Shown here: piece after piece, positions 16,686-27,367 of the stretch | Layout of the letters: each line of letters opens with the position of its first letter | Position numbering within the stretch: position 1 is the stretch's first letter | Assembly (NCBI GenBank): GCA_001917905.1 | Contig: MNEX01000282.1 | Span: 1 to 50,310 of the forward strand | Length of the DNA stretch: 50,310 bases | Origin: Acidobacteria bacterium 13_1_40CM_65_14 | GTDB lineage: Bacteria > Acidobacteriota > Vicinamibacteria > Vicinamibacterales > CAVVIG01 | Reading direction: 5' to 3' | Made by a program: the position numbers and the translations under genes | The notes under the pieces: model-generated | Seen by the model: the letters and a program-made list of their open reading frames with translations, nothing else | Told to the model about the DNA's origin: nothing | Databases searched by the model: none

Positions 16686-19013
16686 TTACAAGACCGAGAG
16701 CGGATCCACGTCGACGACGACCCGGCGCTGAAGCTCGGGACGTGAGGCGAGTGCGCGCTGCAGCGCCTCGCGGATCCGTTTCCGGTTCGTGCCCTTGATC
16801 AACAGCTGCGCGCGGTACTCGCCGCGGAGCTTGCCGAGCGGCGCGGGCGCCGGTCCGAGGACGCGCAGCTGCCCGCCGTCGTTGTCCCTCACCTGCTGCA
16901 CGACATCGGCCGCATCGTCCATCGCGCCGCTGAACGTACGGGCGCGCACGACCGTGTTGACGAGCGAGACGAGCGGCGGATAGCGCATCGCCTTGCGGAA
17001 ATGCAGCTCGCGTTCGTAGAACGCCGGATAGTCCTGCCGGCACGCGAGCTGGATGCTGTAGTGCTCCGGGTACAGCGTCTGCACGATGGCTTCGCCAGGT
17101 TGCTCGCCGCGTCCCGCTCGCCCTGCCACCTGCGTGAGCAACTGAAACGTCCGTTCCGACGCGCGGAAATCGGCGATCCCGAGTCCAACGTCCGCCGACA
17201 CGACGCCGACCAGCGTCACGCGCGGGAAGTCGTGTCCTTTCGCGATCATCTGCGTGCCGACGAGCACGTCGATCTCGCCGGCGCGGAACCGTGAGAGGAG
17301 CGACCCGAGCGCGCCTCTGCGGCGAATCGCGTCGCGATCCAGCCGCGCGACGCGCGCGCCCGGACAGGTCTTCTTCACTTCCGCCTCGACGCGCTCGGTG
17401 CCGAAGCCGGACTGCTCGAGATAGGGCCCCGCGCACAGCGGGCACGCCGCCGGCACGCGCGCCGTGTAGTTGCAGTAGTGACAGCGTGCGCGCCGCGCGT
17501 GGCCCTCGCCGTGGATGACGAGCGACACGCTGCAGTTGGGACAATCGAGCGTCCCAGCGCACTGACGGCAGAAGACCGCGGTCGCGAAGCCGCGGCGGTT
17601 CAAGAGAATCAGCGACTGCTCGCGGCGATCGAGCCGCGCCTGGATCGCATCGCGAAGCGGCCGGCTGAGAATCACCTCGGGACCCTCGGCCGCGTACTCC
17701 TCGCGCATGTCGACGACGGCGACGGCCGCCAGCGGTCGATCGAGGACGCGTCGCTCGAGGACCACGCGCTCGTACTTCCCGGTCATCGCGTGGTGATAGC
17801 TCTCCATCGACGGCGTCGCCGAGCCGAGGACGACGAGCGCGCCGGCTCGCTGTCCGCGGACGATCGCGACGTCGCGGCCGTTGTAGCGTGGGCTCTCCTC
17901 TTGTTTGTATGAACCGTCGTGCTCCTCGTCGACGACGATGAGACCGACGTCCTCGAGCGGCGCGAAGACCGCGGATCTCGTGCCGACGACGACGTCCACG
18001 TCGCCGCGGCGGATGCGCTGCCACTGATCGTGGCGCTCGCCGTCGGAGAGGCCGCTGTGCTGGATCGCCACGCGGTCGCCGAACGCCTCGCGGAAGAGCG
18101 CCGCGACCGCCGGGGTCAGCGCGATTTCCGGGACGAGCATCAGCACCCGTCGTCGCGCGTCGCGAACCGCCGCGGCCAGGCGGAGATAGATCTCGGTCTT
18201 CCCGCTGCCGGTCACGCCATGCAGGAGCGCGACGCGAAACTCCATGCGGTCAGCGATTGCGCGCAGTCGGTCGAACGCCGCCGCCTGCTCATCAGTCAGT
18301 TGTCTCTGTTTATCTCCAGTCGGGCTCAAGCCTGACTTGAGCCTGACTTGAGCCTGACTTGAGTCGGACTGCAGTACGACTTCGAACGGGTCGCGGTTGA
18401 GGCGGTCGTGGCGGAGGCTGACGTAGCCGTGCTTCGCGAGGCGCGACACGGTGTCTGAGCCAATCCCACGAGACGCGAGTTCCGGGGTCGGAATCCCAGT
18501 CGGCGTGCCGGCGAGCAGATCCAGCGCCTCGCGCTGTTTGTCGGTAATCGTGTCGGCCGATCTCGCTTCCAGACCGGCCGCCGTGATCGCCGCGACGCGG
18601 GTGGTCTTGTGCGCGTCTGCTCGCGCGCCGCGCGCCATCGGCGGCAAGAGCGCGGGGATGGTGTCGCCGACACCGGCTGCGTAGTACTCCGCGGTCCACC
18701 GCGCCAGCGCGATCACGTCGGGCGGCACGAACGCCTCGGCGTCGAGCACCTGCCGCAGCGGCTTGATCGCGGCGCCCGACGCGCCCGCGGTCGCCGTGTT
18801 CGCTTCGATGACGATGCCGGTGACCACGCGCGAGCCGAGCGGCACGACCACGCGCGCGCCGACGACCGGAGCCGGCACGTCAGGCGGCACGGAGTACGTC
18901 AGGAGATCAAGATTCGGAACGGGAACCGCGACGAGTACGTGAGATTTCAGATTGCAGATTTCAGATTTCAGATTGATTTCAGATTTCAGATTGTTGGAGG
19001 AGGCGGCGCACAA
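16686..19013 (-). CDS. priA: Primosomal protein N' (replication restart helicase)
   Basis: [18 protein letters not shown], four CxxC zinc pairs, [11 protein letters not shown] and QVAGRAGR. Start uncertain. Confidence 0.96.
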   Translation of the reverse strand: MCAASSNNLKSEINLKSEICNLKSHVLVAVPVPNLDLLTYSVPPDVPAPVVGARVVVPLGSRVVTGIVIEANTATAGASGAAIKPLRQVLDAEAFVPPDVIALARWTAEYYAAGVGDTIPALLPPMARGARADAHKTTRVAAITAAGLEARSADTITDKQREALDLLAGTPTGIPTPELASRGIGSDTVSRLAKHGYVSLRHDRLNRDPFEVVLQSDSSQAQVRLKSGLSPTGDKQRQLTDEQAAAFDRLRAIADRMEFRVALLHGVTGSGKTEIYLRLAAAVRDARRRVLMLVPEIALTPAVAALFREAFGDRVAIQHSGLSDGERHDQWQRIRRGDVDVVVGTRSAVFAPLEDVGLIVVDEEHDGSYKQEESPRYNGRDVAIVRGQRAGALVVLGSATPSMESYHHAMTGKYERVVLERRVLDRPLAAVAVVDMREEYAAEGPEVILSRPLRDAIQARLDRREQSLILLNRRGFATAVFCRQCAGTLDCPNCSVSLVIHGEGHARRARCHYCNYTARVPAACPLCAGPYLEQSGFGTERVEAEVKKTCPGARVARLDRDAIRRRGALGSLLSRFRAGEIDVLVGTQMIAKGHDFPRVTLVGVVSADVGLGIADFRASERTFQLLTQVAGRAGRGEQPGEAIVQTLYPEHYSIQLACRQDYPAFYERELHFRKAMRYPPLVSLVNTVVRARTFSGAMDDAADVVQQVRDNDGGQLRVLGPAPAPLGKLRGEYRAQLLIKGTNRKRIREALQRALASRPELQRRVVVDVDPLSVL
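18330..18362. repeat. (GCCTGACTTGA)x3 tandem repeat within priA
   Basis: Three exact 11-mers, 33 bp in total, so the frame is preserved. Confidence 0.9.
18942..18992. repeat. Heptamer tandem repeat (CAGATTT)n at the udg/priA junction
   Basis: agatttcagattgcagatttcagatttcagattgatttcagatttcagatt. Confidence 0.9.
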
Positions 19014-19794
19014 GTTTCATATCTTCCCACACCTCGCGCTTCGAGGACGGATTGCGCAGCAGATACGCCGGGTGAAAGGTCGGAATCAGTTTCGCGCCGC
19101 GGTAGTCGTACACGCGCCCGCGGAGGCGCGAGATCGGATCGAGCGTGCGCAGCAGCGCGCGCGCCGCGAACGTGCCGAGCGCGACGATGACCTTCGGCTT
19201 GATGACGTCGATCTGCTGGAACAGGAACGGCTCGCACGTCTCGACCTCGTCCTGCTCGGGATTCCGGTTGCCCGGCGGGCGGCACTTGATCACGTTCGCG
19301 ATGTAGACGTCCTCCCGCTTCAAGCTGATCGCTTCGATGATCTTCGTCAGCAGCTGCCCGGCGCGGCCGACGAACGGAATGCCCTGGATGTCCTCGTCGC
19401 CGCCGGGCGCTTCGCCGACGAACATGAGATCCGCGTCCGGATTGCCGACGCCGAACACAATCTGTTTTCGTCCCTGCGCGTGCAGCTTGCAGCGTGTGCA
19501 GTCGCCAAGCTCTGTGCGAACGGCGACGAGCGCCTCGGCGGAGTCTTTGAAAAACGCAGCGGTTTGGGGGCGGACACCTGGGTCCGGCCCTACGTCGGTA
19601 CTGTCATCGGGGCGGACGCGCGGGTCGTCCCCTACGGCGGTCGTACGCGGATCGGCATCGCCGATCGTAGGGGCCGACCCATGTGTCGGCCCCGGTGTGT
19701 CGGCTCGCGTGCGCCACGCCGGATCACCGCTCACGCCGGCGACGCCGAGGTCAGCCGCGAACTGGAGATGCGCTTTCAGCTGATCGCGATCCAC
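18979..19794 (-). CDS. Uracil-DNA glycosylase family 4
   Basis: [29 protein letters not shown] and TFHPAYLLR. Confidence 0.95.
   Translation of the reverse strand: MDRDQLKAHLQFAADLGVAGVSGDPAWRTRADTPGPTHGSAPTIGDADPRTTAVGDDPRVRPDDSTDVGPDPGVRPQTAAFFKDSAEALVAVRTELGDCTRCKLHAQGRKQIVFGVGNPDADLMFVGEAPGGDEDIQGIPFVGRAGQLLTKIIEAISLKREDVYIANVIKCRPPGNRNPEQDEVETCEPFLFQQIDVIKPKVIVALGTFAARALLRTLDPISRLRGRVYDYRGAKLIPTFHPAYLLRNPSSKREVWEDMKLVRRLLQQSEI
19566..19693. repeat. GTAG-type REP cluster inserted in frame in the udg N-terminal linker
   Basis: Three palindromic units, e.g. gtaggggccgacccatgtgtcggcccc (19667-19693). Same family as the der insert. Confidence 0.75.
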
Positions 19795-20977
19795 TGAGGA
19801 GGCGCTCGACGCGATTGAGGATTTCGCCGGCGACGTTCGTCTTCGACTGCAGCGGCAGCGACTCGGCGCCGTCGGCGGTCACGATCGTGACCGCGTTGGT
19901 GTCGACGTCGAACCCGGCGTCGGTCCGTGCGACGTCGTTGGCGACGATGAGGTCGACGTGCTTCTTCGCGCGCTTCTCGATCGCGCGCGCGACGACGTCC
20001 TGCGTTTCCGCCGCGAACCCGATGAGCGCCGGGCCGCGGCCCGACGCCAGGCGCCGGTGACCGAGATCGCCGAGGATGTCCGGCGTCTTGTGCAACACGA
20101 GGGTGAGCGTATCGGCGCCCTTCGGCACTTTCTGCGGCGCCCGCTCGGGCATATAGTCGGCGACCGCCGCCGCCATGATGACGACGTGCATGTCGCTGGC
20201 GCGCGACATCACCGCCTGATGCATCTCGCTCGCCGTGCGCACGCGCACCACTTCGCGGACAGACGGCGGCTCCAATTCAGTCGGGCCGACAATCAGGCTG
20301 ACCTCGGCGCCGCGATGCGCAGCTTCCGCCGCCAGCGCGAACCCCATCTTGCCGCTCGACCGGTTGCCGATGAAGCGAACCGGATCGAAGTCTTCGTACG
20401 TCGGACCGGCCGTGACCAGCACGCGCTGCCCGCGCAGCGGACTCTCGGGGCGAAGGATCTCCTCGGCCGCCGCGATAATCTCGTCGGGCTCGGCGAGACG
20501 GCCCTTGCCGATCCATCCGCACGCCAGATACCCTTCGCCCGGCTCGACGAAGCGGGCGCCGCGCGCGACCAGCGTGTCGAGGTTCTTCCGCACCGCCGCG
20601 TGCGCGAACATCTGCGAGTTCATCGCCGGCGCGATGAGCACCGGCGCACGCGTGGCCGTGTACAGCGTCGACAGGAAATCGTCGGCGATGCCGTTGGCGA
20701 GCTTGCCGATGATGTTGGCGGTCGCCGGCGCGATGAGCAGCAGATCGATCGTCGACGCGATTGCGATGTGCTCGATGTCGGCGTTCATCCCCTCCGCGAA
20801 CTGATCGGTGATGACGGGACGCCGGGTGATCGCCTCGAAGGTGACCGGTCCGACGAAGCGTGTCGCCGAATGCGTCATCACGGCCACGACTTCGTGGCCA
20901 TGCTTCTGCAGCCCGCGCGCGACTTCGACCGCCTTGTAGGCGCCGATGCCGCCGGTCACGCCGAGAGCAATCAGCAT
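19751..20977 (-). CDS. coaBC: Bifunctional phosphopantothenoylcysteine decarboxylase/ligase
   Basis: [46 protein letters not shown] and GFAAET. Confidence 0.97.
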   Translation of the reverse strand: MLIALGVTGGIGAYKAVEVARGLQKHGHEVVAVMTHSATRFVGPVTFEAITRRPVITDQFAEGMNADIEHIAIASTIDLLLIAPATANIIGKLANGIADDFLSTLYTATRAPVLIAPAMNSQMFAHAAVRKNLDTLVARGARFVEPGEGYLACGWIGKGRLAEPDEIIAAAEEILRPESPLRGQRVLVTAGPTYEDFDPVRFIGNRSSGKMGFALAAEAAHRGAEVSLIVGPTELEPPSVREVVRVRTASEMHQAVMSRASDMHVVIMAAAVADYMPERAPQKVPKGADTLTLVLHKTPDILGDLGHRRLASGRGPALIGFAAETQDVVARAIEKRAKKHVDLIVANDVARTDAGFDVDTNAVTIVTADGAESLPLQSKTNVAGEILNRVERLLSGSRSAESASPVRG

Positions 20978-21065
20978 TGGGTAATTGGGTAATCGGGTAA
21001 TCGGGTAATCGCGTCATCGCGTCATCGGGAAAATCGAACAATCAATTACCCGATTACCCGATTAC
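20978..21065. repeat. Octamer repeats (GGGTAATY)n and inverted (ATTACCCG)n forming a long hairpin
   Basis: Four units on the left and about three complementary units on the right, filling the rpoZ-coaBC spacer. Confidence 0.85.
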
Positions 21066-21254
21066 TCACTTACCAGATTCCTCCTTTTCGATCTTTTCCA
21101 CCTGCTTGGTGATGACTTCCCGCTGCGCGATCGTCGTCTTCTTGTGCTCGCCCGCGGTGACGCGCGGCGTCGATCCGGCGAGGAGCTGGCGCGCGCGCGC
21201 GCCGGCGGTGACGACGAACTCGAAGGAATTCGAGAGCTTGCTTCTGTCGATCAT
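21066..21254 (-). CDS. rpoZ: RNA polymerase omega subunit
   Basis: MIDRSKLSNSFEFVVTAGARARQLLAG..PRV..KKTTIAQREV, in the conserved gmk-rpoZ-coaBC order. Start trimmed to ATG 21254. Confidence 0.9.
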   Translation of the reverse strand: MIDRSKLSNSFEFVVTAGARARQLLAGSTPRVTAGEHKKTTIAQREVITKQVEKIEKEESGK

Positions 21255-21266
21255 TTTGACCTTTTC

Positions 21267-21320
21267 GCGGGGCCAACCCCGCATCTTCTTCTCGATGCTC
21301 GTGGGGCCCCACCCCCACTC
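21267..21320. repeat. GGGGCCCCACCCCC hairpin (core 21303-21316) plus degenerate copy (21267-21282)
   Basis: Direct match to the core motif. Confidence 0.8.
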
Positions 21321-21421
21321 GCCTCGCTCGCGTCGACACGCTCGCGAGAGCCGCCGGCGCTTCATCGCTCGCCTTCGGCTCGCGACGGTCGTTAGAACCG
21401 ACTGGCCGCTTGGGGAGCGGC

Positions 21422-22042
21422 TCAGCCAAACGTCTTGACGATTCCTTCCGCATCGGCGCGCATGCGGCGCAGCCGCGAGCGCTGGGCGATGACAATGCTG
21501 CGTAACCGATCGACCGCCGCGGTCAGCTCGTCGTTGACCACGACGAACTCGTAGTCGACGAAGGCGGCCACTTCTTCCCGCGCGACCTGGAGGCGGCGCT
21601 GGATCGCCTCCTCACTGTCCTTACTGCGTCCGCGCAGCCGCTGCTCCAGCACGTGCATCGACGGCGGCATGACGAAGATCGCCGTCGTCTCGATCCCTCG
21701 GCTGCGGACTTTCCTCGCGCCCTGGACGTCGATGACGAGCACGACGTCGTTTCCTTCGGCGAGCATCCGTTCCGTGTCGGCGGCGCTGGTCCCGTACAGG
21801 TTGCCGAAGACCTCCGCCCACTCGAGAAACTCGCCTGCCGCAATCATCGCCTCGAAGCGTTCGCGCGACACAAAATTATAGTCCACCCCGTCGATTTCGC
21901 CTGCGCGCGCCCGCCGCGAGGTGTAAGAGCGCGACATTTTGAGGTGCGGCGTGTGCTCGACGAGCCGTTCGACCAGCGTCGTCTTGCCGGCGCCCGACGG
22001 CGCGGAGACGATGAAGAGCAGCCCGCGGCTCTTACTCGACAT
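21422..22042 (-). CDS. gmk: Guanylate kinase
   Basis: SAPSGAGKTT, SYTSR..R.GEIDGVDYNF, FLEWAEVFGNLYGT and IDVQGA. Confidence 0.97.
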   Translation of the reverse strand: MSSKSRGLLFIVSAPSGAGKTTLVERLVEHTPHLKMSRSYTSRRARAGEIDGVDYNFVSRERFEAMIAAGEFLEWAEVFGNLYGTSAADTERMLAEGNDVVLVIDVQGARKVRSRGIETTAIFVMPPSMHVLEQRLRGRSKDSEEAIQRRLQVAREEVAAFVDYEFVVVNDELTAAVDRLRSIVIAQRSRLRRMRADAEGIVKTFG

Positions 22043-22925
22043 TCTGGACCTGTTCGCGCATCTTCTCCAGTTCCGCCTTGGCGGCGATGACGAGCTCGGA
22101 GACGCGAAGGCCGTCGGCCTTCGAGCCCATCGTGTTGACCTCGCGGTTCATCTCCTGGAGCAGAAAATCGAGCTTCCGCCCGCACGGCTCCGCGCTGTCG
22201 GAGAGCGCCGACCAGTGCGACACGTGGGCGCGGAAGCGCGCGACCTCTTCGCTGATGTCGGAGCGCGCGGCCATCCGGACGATCTCCTGCGCGACCGCCG
22301 TCTCGTCAGCCTGGAGATCGGTCCGCAGCTCGCGGACGCGGTCGGCGATCCGCTGCTCCATCGCCGAGCGACCCTCGTCGGCGGCGGCGGCGATGCGCTC
22401 GACCAGATCCGCGACGAGCGTGCGCCGCTCGTCCAGGTCGGCGCGCAGATGGTCCCCTTCGAGCGCGCGCATCGTGTCGAGCTCGGCGAGCCCCTGCGAC
22501 ACGACGTCACACGCCTGTGCCGCCAGCGCGTCCTGCTGCGAGTCGTCGTCGGACGGCTGTCGATCGCGGATGGAGATCGCCTGCGGAAAACGCAGCAGAT
22601 CCCCTGGCGTCAGCGCGCCGCCCACGAGGCCCATCTCGCGCGCGCGATCCAGCGCCGCGGCAACCGCCTGCGCGAACTCCGCGTTGAACTCGACCTCGAC
22701 GCCGGGCACCTGCCGAAGCTGCAGCGAGAGGCTCAGCTCCACGCGTCCACGCGCCACGCGTTTGCCGACGAGCGTGCGCACGTCGACTTCGAGCGCCGCG
22801 AGCGACTGCGGGACGCGCAGCTGCAGATCGAGATAGCGGTGATTCAGCGACTTGATCGTCACGGTCATCGTCGCGCGCTCGTCCTCGCGCGTGACCGTCG
22901 CGAAACCCGTCATGCTTTTGATCAT
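22032..22925 (-). CDS. yicC: YicC/YloC family endoribonuclease
   Basis: MIKSMTGF, KSLNHRYLD, GRKLDFLLQEMNREVNT.GSK and EKMREQVQNVE. Confidence 0.95.
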   Translation of the reverse strand: MIKSMTGFATVTREDERATMTVTIKSLNHRYLDLQLRVPQSLAALEVDVRTLVGKRVARGRVELSLSLQLRQVPGVEVEFNAEFAQAVAAALDRAREMGLVGGALTPGDLLRFPQAISIRDRQPSDDDSQQDALAAQACDVVSQGLAELDTMRALEGDHLRADLDERRTLVADLVERIAAAADEGRSAMEQRIADRVRELRTDLQADETAVAQEIVRMAARSDISEEVARFRAHVSHWSALSDSAEPCGRKLDFLLQEMNREVNTMGSKADGLRVSELVIAAKAELEKMREQVQNVE

Positions 22926-22934
22926 TTTTGCACT

Positions 22935-23060
22935 GGCGCCGGGGCCCCACCCCCGGCGCGAGCTGTCGCAGACACCTCGCCTCGGATGTCCATGTCCTCG
23001 GCTCGGCGCGCCACCCCAGCGCGGCTGCCGCGCTGGGGGCCCCGGTGTGGCCGCAGGCGC
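22935..23060. repeat. GGGGCCCCACCCCC hairpin repeat, subfamily B
   Basis: Core at 22941-22954. The tail cctcgcctcggat..ccatgtcctcggctcggcg is shared with 50163-50250. Confidence 0.85.
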
Positions 23061-23118
23061 TGCTGCGAAGGTGGAAAATAAGTACAACAGCTGTAGCGCG
23101 GCCCTTTCAGGGCCGCGA

Positions 23119-24885
23119 TCACGATGGCACCATCCGTCTCTCGTCCTTTCTTCCTTCCAGCAACTGTAGCTGATAGAGCGTCGCGTACGTCCCCTCCGGC
23201 CGTGCGAGGAGCTCGTCGTGCCGGCCGATTTCGGCGACCCGGCCGTGCTCCAGGACGACAATCGCGTCGGCGCGCCGAATCGTCGACAGGCGATGCGCGA
23301 TGACGAAGGACGTCCGGTTCAGCATCAGATTCGCCAGCGCTTCCTGCACGAGCAGCTCCGATTCGGCATCGAGCGCCGAGGTCGCCTCGTCGAGCACGAG
23401 AATCGGCGCGTTCTTGAGCAGCGCCCGCGCAATCGCGAGCCGCTGCCGCTGGCCGCCCGACAGCCGCTGCCCGCGCTCGCCGATCATCGTGTCGTAGCCT
23501 TTGGGCAGCGCGGCGATGAACTCGTGCGCATTGGCCGCGCGCGCCGCCGCCTCGATTTCATCGCGCGTCGCCTGCGGCGATCCGTACGCGACGTTGCTCG
23601 CGATGCTGTCGTCGAACAGCACCGTGTCCTGCGTGACGATGCCAATCTGGCCGCGCAACGAGGCGAGCGTCACGTCGCGGATGTCGACGCCGTCGATGAA
23701 GATCGCGCCCGAGCTCACGTCGTAGAACCGCGGCAGCAGGTTGACGAGCGTCGTCTTGCCCGCGCCGCTCCGGCCGACGATCGCGATCATCTGGCCGGCG
23801 CTCACCGTGAACGACACGCCGCGAACGATCCGGCCCGGGCCCTCGTCGTAGCCGAACCCGACGTCGCGGAACTCGATCTGATCGCCGAACGGCGCGAGCA
23901 CCGCCGCGCCCGGCTGCTCCTTGACCTCGGTGTGCGCGTCCATCATCTCGAAGATGCGTTCCGAGGCGGCGATCGCCTGCTGGAGGTTCGCGTTGACGCG
24001 ACTGAGTTTTTTCGCCGGGCCGTACATCAGGAACAACGTGCCGATGAACAAGGCGAACTGACCGGGTGTCAGCCGGCCGGAGGCGATCTGCCGGCTGCCG
24101 TACACGATCGCGGCGGCCATGCCGATGCCGCCGATCAACTCCATCAGCGGCGGCAGGCTCGACAGCGACGCCGTCACCTTCATGTTCGTGCGGAACAGGT
24201 TGTAGCCGGCGCGCCTGAATTTCTCCGCCTCGTGCGCCTCGGTGCCGAACGCCTTGACGATGCGATGACCCGTGAACGCTTCGGCGCTCAGATGCGAGAG
24301 ATGCTCGAGCGCTTCCTGGCTGCGCCGCGTCGTGCGCCGCACGCGCTGCCCGAGGCGGATGAGCGGGTAGATGATCAGCGGCGCGCCGGTCAGACAGACG
24401 ATCGTCAGCCGCGCGTCGTAGTAGAAGAGGAGCGCCGAGTAGCCGACCAGCGCCAGCGACTCGCGCGCGAGATCGCCGGCCGTTTCCGAGACGGCCTGCT
24501 GCACCTGTCCGACATCGTTGCTGATGCGCGACAACAGGCGTCCCGTGGCGCCGTGCGCGAAGAAGCCGGCCGACTGATCGAGGATGTGGCGATACAGCGC
24601 GTTGCGCAGATCCATCACCACGCGCTGCCCGACGTCGGCCATCAGATACGACGACACGTACGACCCGATCCCCTTCAGCAGATACACGCCGACGATCGCC
24701 CACGCGATGCGCAAGACGTCCTGCTGTTTGGGCAGCACGCTGTCGAAGATCGGTTTGATGAGATACGCGAGGCCGGCCGACCCCACCGCGTACACCACCA
24801 TGCCGGCGATCGCCCACGCGAGGCGCCCGCGGTACGGCGTGGCGTACTCGAACAGGCGCTGCAGGGTGGTGCGCTGTCTCGGCAT
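23119..24885 (-). CDS. MsbA-like ABC exporter (TMD+NBD)
   Basis: TM domain, then GRSGAGKTT, LSGGQRQR and LDEATSALD. Start trimmed to ATG 24885. Confidence 0.92.
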   Translation of the reverse strand: MPRQRTTLQRLFEYATPYRGRLAWAIAGMVVYAVGSAGLAYLIKPIFDSVLPKQQDVLRIAWAIVGVYLLKGIGSYVSSYLMADVGQRVVMDLRNALYRHILDQSAGFFAHGATGRLLSRISNDVGQVQQAVSETAGDLARESLALVGYSALLFYYDARLTIVCLTGAPLIIYPLIRLGQRVRRTTRRSQEALEHLSHLSAEAFTGHRIVKAFGTEAHEAEKFRRAGYNLFRTNMKVTASLSSLPPLMELIGGIGMAAAIVYGSRQIASGRLTPGQFALFIGTLFLMYGPAKKLSRVNANLQQAIAASERIFEMMDAHTEVKEQPGAAVLAPFGDQIEFRDVGFGYDEGPGRIVRGVSFTVSAGQMIAIVGRSGAGKTTLVNLLPRFYDVSSGAIFIDGVDIRDVTLASLRGQIGIVTQDTVLFDDSIASNVAYGSPQATRDEIEAAARAANAHEFIAALPKGYDTMIGERGQRLSGGQRQRLAIARALLKNAPILVLDEATSALDAESELLVQEALANLMLNRTSFVIAHRLSTIRRADAIVVLEHGRVAEIGRHDELLARPEGTYATLYQLQLLEGRKDERRMVPS

Positions 24886-24920
24886 GGCGTCCGGCACTCC
24901 TAATCTAAAAGAGCGTCGCA

Positions 24921-25035
24921 AAATTACCTCGCCACCACAGGGGACACGGAGGACAGAGGTTCAAACCTGTCCAGAGCAAGATTTTCCCCAGTGTCCCCGT
25001 GTCCTCCATGGTGGAGAGCTTAATTCTGCAATGCG
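24921..25035. repeat. Palindromic MITE-like repeat (aattacctcgccaccac...ggtggagagcttaatt)
   Basis: Internal arms ggggacacggagg / tccccgtgtcctcc. A second copy lies at 30855-30935. Confidence 0.75.
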
Positions 25036-25065
25036 TCTAAAGGAGCGCTTTACCTGTCTCCATTG

Positions 25066-26067
25066 CTACTTGTCTCCATAGCCGGTCGGGTGCGTCCGGT
25101 GCCAGTCCCAGGCGGTACGCACGATGACCTCGAGGTCGGCGTAGCGCGGCGTCCAGTGCAGCTCGGCGTGCGCCTTCTGCGGCGACGCGTAGAGCACCGC
25201 GGGATCGCCCGGGCGCCGCGGCGCCAGCGTCCACGGTACCTTGCGTCCGGTGACGCGTTCGACGGCGTCGATGACCTCGCGCACCGAGTGCGGATGCCCG
25301 GTACCGAGATTGTACGCGCCCGATCGATCCGTCTCGATCAACGCGTCCAGCGCGCGGACGTGCGCATCGGCGAGATCGGTCACGTGGACGTAATCGCGCA
25401 GGCACGTGCCGTCGGGCGTCGGGTAATCGTCGCCGAACACCTGCAGTCCCGGCCCGCCGCTCGCCGCGTCGATGGCGCGCGGAATCACGTGGATTTCCGG
25501 CGAGTGGTCCTCCCCGATCTCGCCCTCCGGATCGGCGCCGGCCGCGTTGAAATACCGCAGCGCAATCGAGTGGATGCCGTACGCGCGCTCGAAGTGCGGC
25601 AGCGCGCGCTCCACCGCCAGCTTGGTTTCCCCGTAGCTGTTGATCGGCGTCTGTGGATGCGTTTCCGCGATCGGCGTCTCGATCGGCTCGCCGTATGTGG
25701 CGCAGGTCGACGAGAACACGAAGGGCTTCACCGATTCCGCCGCCATCGCTTCCAGCACGCTCAGCGCGCCGGTCACGTTGTTCCGGTAGTACCGCGCCGG
25801 CTCACGCACCGACTCGCCGACGTCGAGCAGCGCCGCAAAATGCATGACGGCGAACACATCGTGCTTGCGAAGCGCCTCGCGGACCGCGGACGCATCCGTG
25901 ATGTCACCTTCCACGAAGTCGCCGAAGGCTGCAGCACCGCGGTGGCCGGCGACCAGGTTGTCGTAGACGACCACGCTGTACCCGGCCTGGCGCAACGCCT
26001 TCGCCGCGTGACTGCCGATGTAGCCGGCGCCGCCGGTCACGAGGACGGCGCGACCGCTAGCGTCCAA
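25066..26067 (-). CDS. galE: UDP-glucose 4-epimerase
   Basis: TGGAGYIGSH, HFAA, SSTCATYG, YGETK, LRYFNAAGA and RDYVHV. Confidence 0.95.
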   Translation of the reverse strand: MDASGRAVLVTGGAGYIGSHAAKALRQAGYSVVVYDNLVAGHRGAAAFGDFVEGDITDASAVREALRKHDVFAVMHFAALLDVGESVREPARYYRNNVTGALSVLEAMAAESVKPFVFSSTCATYGEPIETPIAETHPQTPINSYGETKLAVERALPHFERAYGIHSIALRYFNAAGADPEGEIGEDHSPEIHVIPRAIDAASGGPGLQVFGDDYPTPDGTCLRDYVHVTDLADAHVRALDALIETDRSGAYNLGTGHPHSVREVIDAVERVTGRKVPWTLAPRRPGDPAVLYASPQKAHAELHWTPRYADLEVIVRTAWDWHRTHPTGYGDK

Positions 26068-27358
26068 TGGAAAAGTAGGTGAAGCCGAGCGCGCGCATCT
26101 GCTCGGGCGAATAGATGTTGCGGCCGTCGAACACGATCGGCGCGCGCAAAAGCGATCGCATCTTCGCGAAGTCGGGCTCGCGGAACTCGTTCCACTCGGT
26201 CACGATCGCCAGCGCGTCGGCGCCCGACAACGCGTCGTAGCTCTTCTCGCACACCGCAATGCGGCCGTCGAACAGGCGCTTCGCCACCGGTCCGGCCGCG
26301 GGATCGTACGCGCGCACCGTCGCGCCGCGCTGGAGCAGCGTCTCGATGATCTCAATCGCGGGCGCTTCGCGCATGTCATCGGTCCGCGGCTTGAACGCGA
26401 GACCCCAGAGCGCAATGGTCTTGCCGCGCAGATCCTTGAAGTGCCCCTCCATTTTCTCGACGAGCCGCTGCTTCTGCTTCTCGTTGGCGGCCTCGACGGC
26501 GCTCAGAATGCCGAAGTCGTAGCCGTGGTCCTGGGCCGACTTGAGCAGCGCCTTGACGTCCTTCGGAAAACAGCTGCCGCCGTAGCCGACGCCGGGAAAC
26601 AGAAACGACGTGCCGATGCGGCGGTCCGCGCCGATCGCCCTGCGTACCTCGTCGACGTCGGCGCCGACCAGCTCGCAGACGTTCGCAATCTCGTTCATGA
26701 ACGAGATGCGCGTCGCCAGAATCGAATTCGCGGCGTACTTGCACAGCTCGGCGCTCGCCGTGCTCATGATGAGAATCGGCGCGCCCGTTCGCGTGAACGG
26801 TCCGTACAGCTCCCTCATCACGGCCGCCGCGCGATCGTCTTTCTCTTCGATCCCGATCACCACGCGATCGGGTTTCATGAAGTCCTCGATCGCAGCGCCC
26901 TGCTTCAGAAACTCGGGATTGCTGACGACGCTGAAGGGCTGCGTCGTTTCCTTGGCGATCGTCTCTCGAACTTTCTGCGCCGTGCCGACGGGCACCGTAC
27001 TTTTGTCGACGACGACCGTGTACGTGTTCATCGCGCGCCCGAGGTCGCGCGCGACGCCGAGGACGTGCGCCAAATCCGCGGAGCCGTCCTCGCCCTGCGG
27101 CGTGCCGACGGCGATGAACACAATCGCCGAGTCGTGGACGGCGGACGCGAGATCGGTGGTGAAGCGCAACCGTTCTTCGTGACGATTGTGCCGGACCATT
27201 TCCTCGAGGCCGGGCTCGTAGATCGGCATCCCGCCCGCGTTGAGGGTGGCGATTTTCGACCCATCCTTGTCCACGCACACGACGGCGTTGCCGTTCTCGG
27301 CGAAGCACGCGCCCAGTACGAGCCCGACGTACCCCGTTCCGACGACGGCGATTTTCAT
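26057..27358 (-). CDS. ugd: UDP-glucose 6-dehydrogenase
   Basis: MKIAVVGTGYVGL, KSTVPVGT, SNPEFL, GYGGSCFPKD and AFKPRTDD. Start trimmed to ATG 27358. Confidence 0.96.
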   Translation of the reverse strand: MKIAVVGTGYVGLVLGACFAENGNAVVCVDKDGSKIATLNAGGMPIYEPGLEEMVRHNRHEERLRFTTDLASAVHDSAIVFIAVGTPQGEDGSADLAHVLGVARDLGRAMNTYTVVVDKSTVPVGTAQKVRETIAKETTQPFSVVSNPEFLKQGAAIEDFMKPDRVVIGIEEKDDRAAAVMRELYGPFTRTGAPILIMSTASAELCKYAANSILATRISFMNEIANVCELVGADVDEVRRAIGADRRIGTSFLFPGVGYGGSCFPKDVKALLKSAQDHGYDFGILSAVEAANEKQKQRLVEKMEGHFKDLRGKTIALWGLAFKPRTDDMREAPAIEIIETLLQRGATVRAYDPAAGPVAKRLFDGRIAVCEKSYDALSGADALAIVTEWNEFREPDFAKMRSLLRAPIVFDGRNIYSPEQMRALGFTYFSIGR

Positions 27359-27367
27359 TTTCTTATT

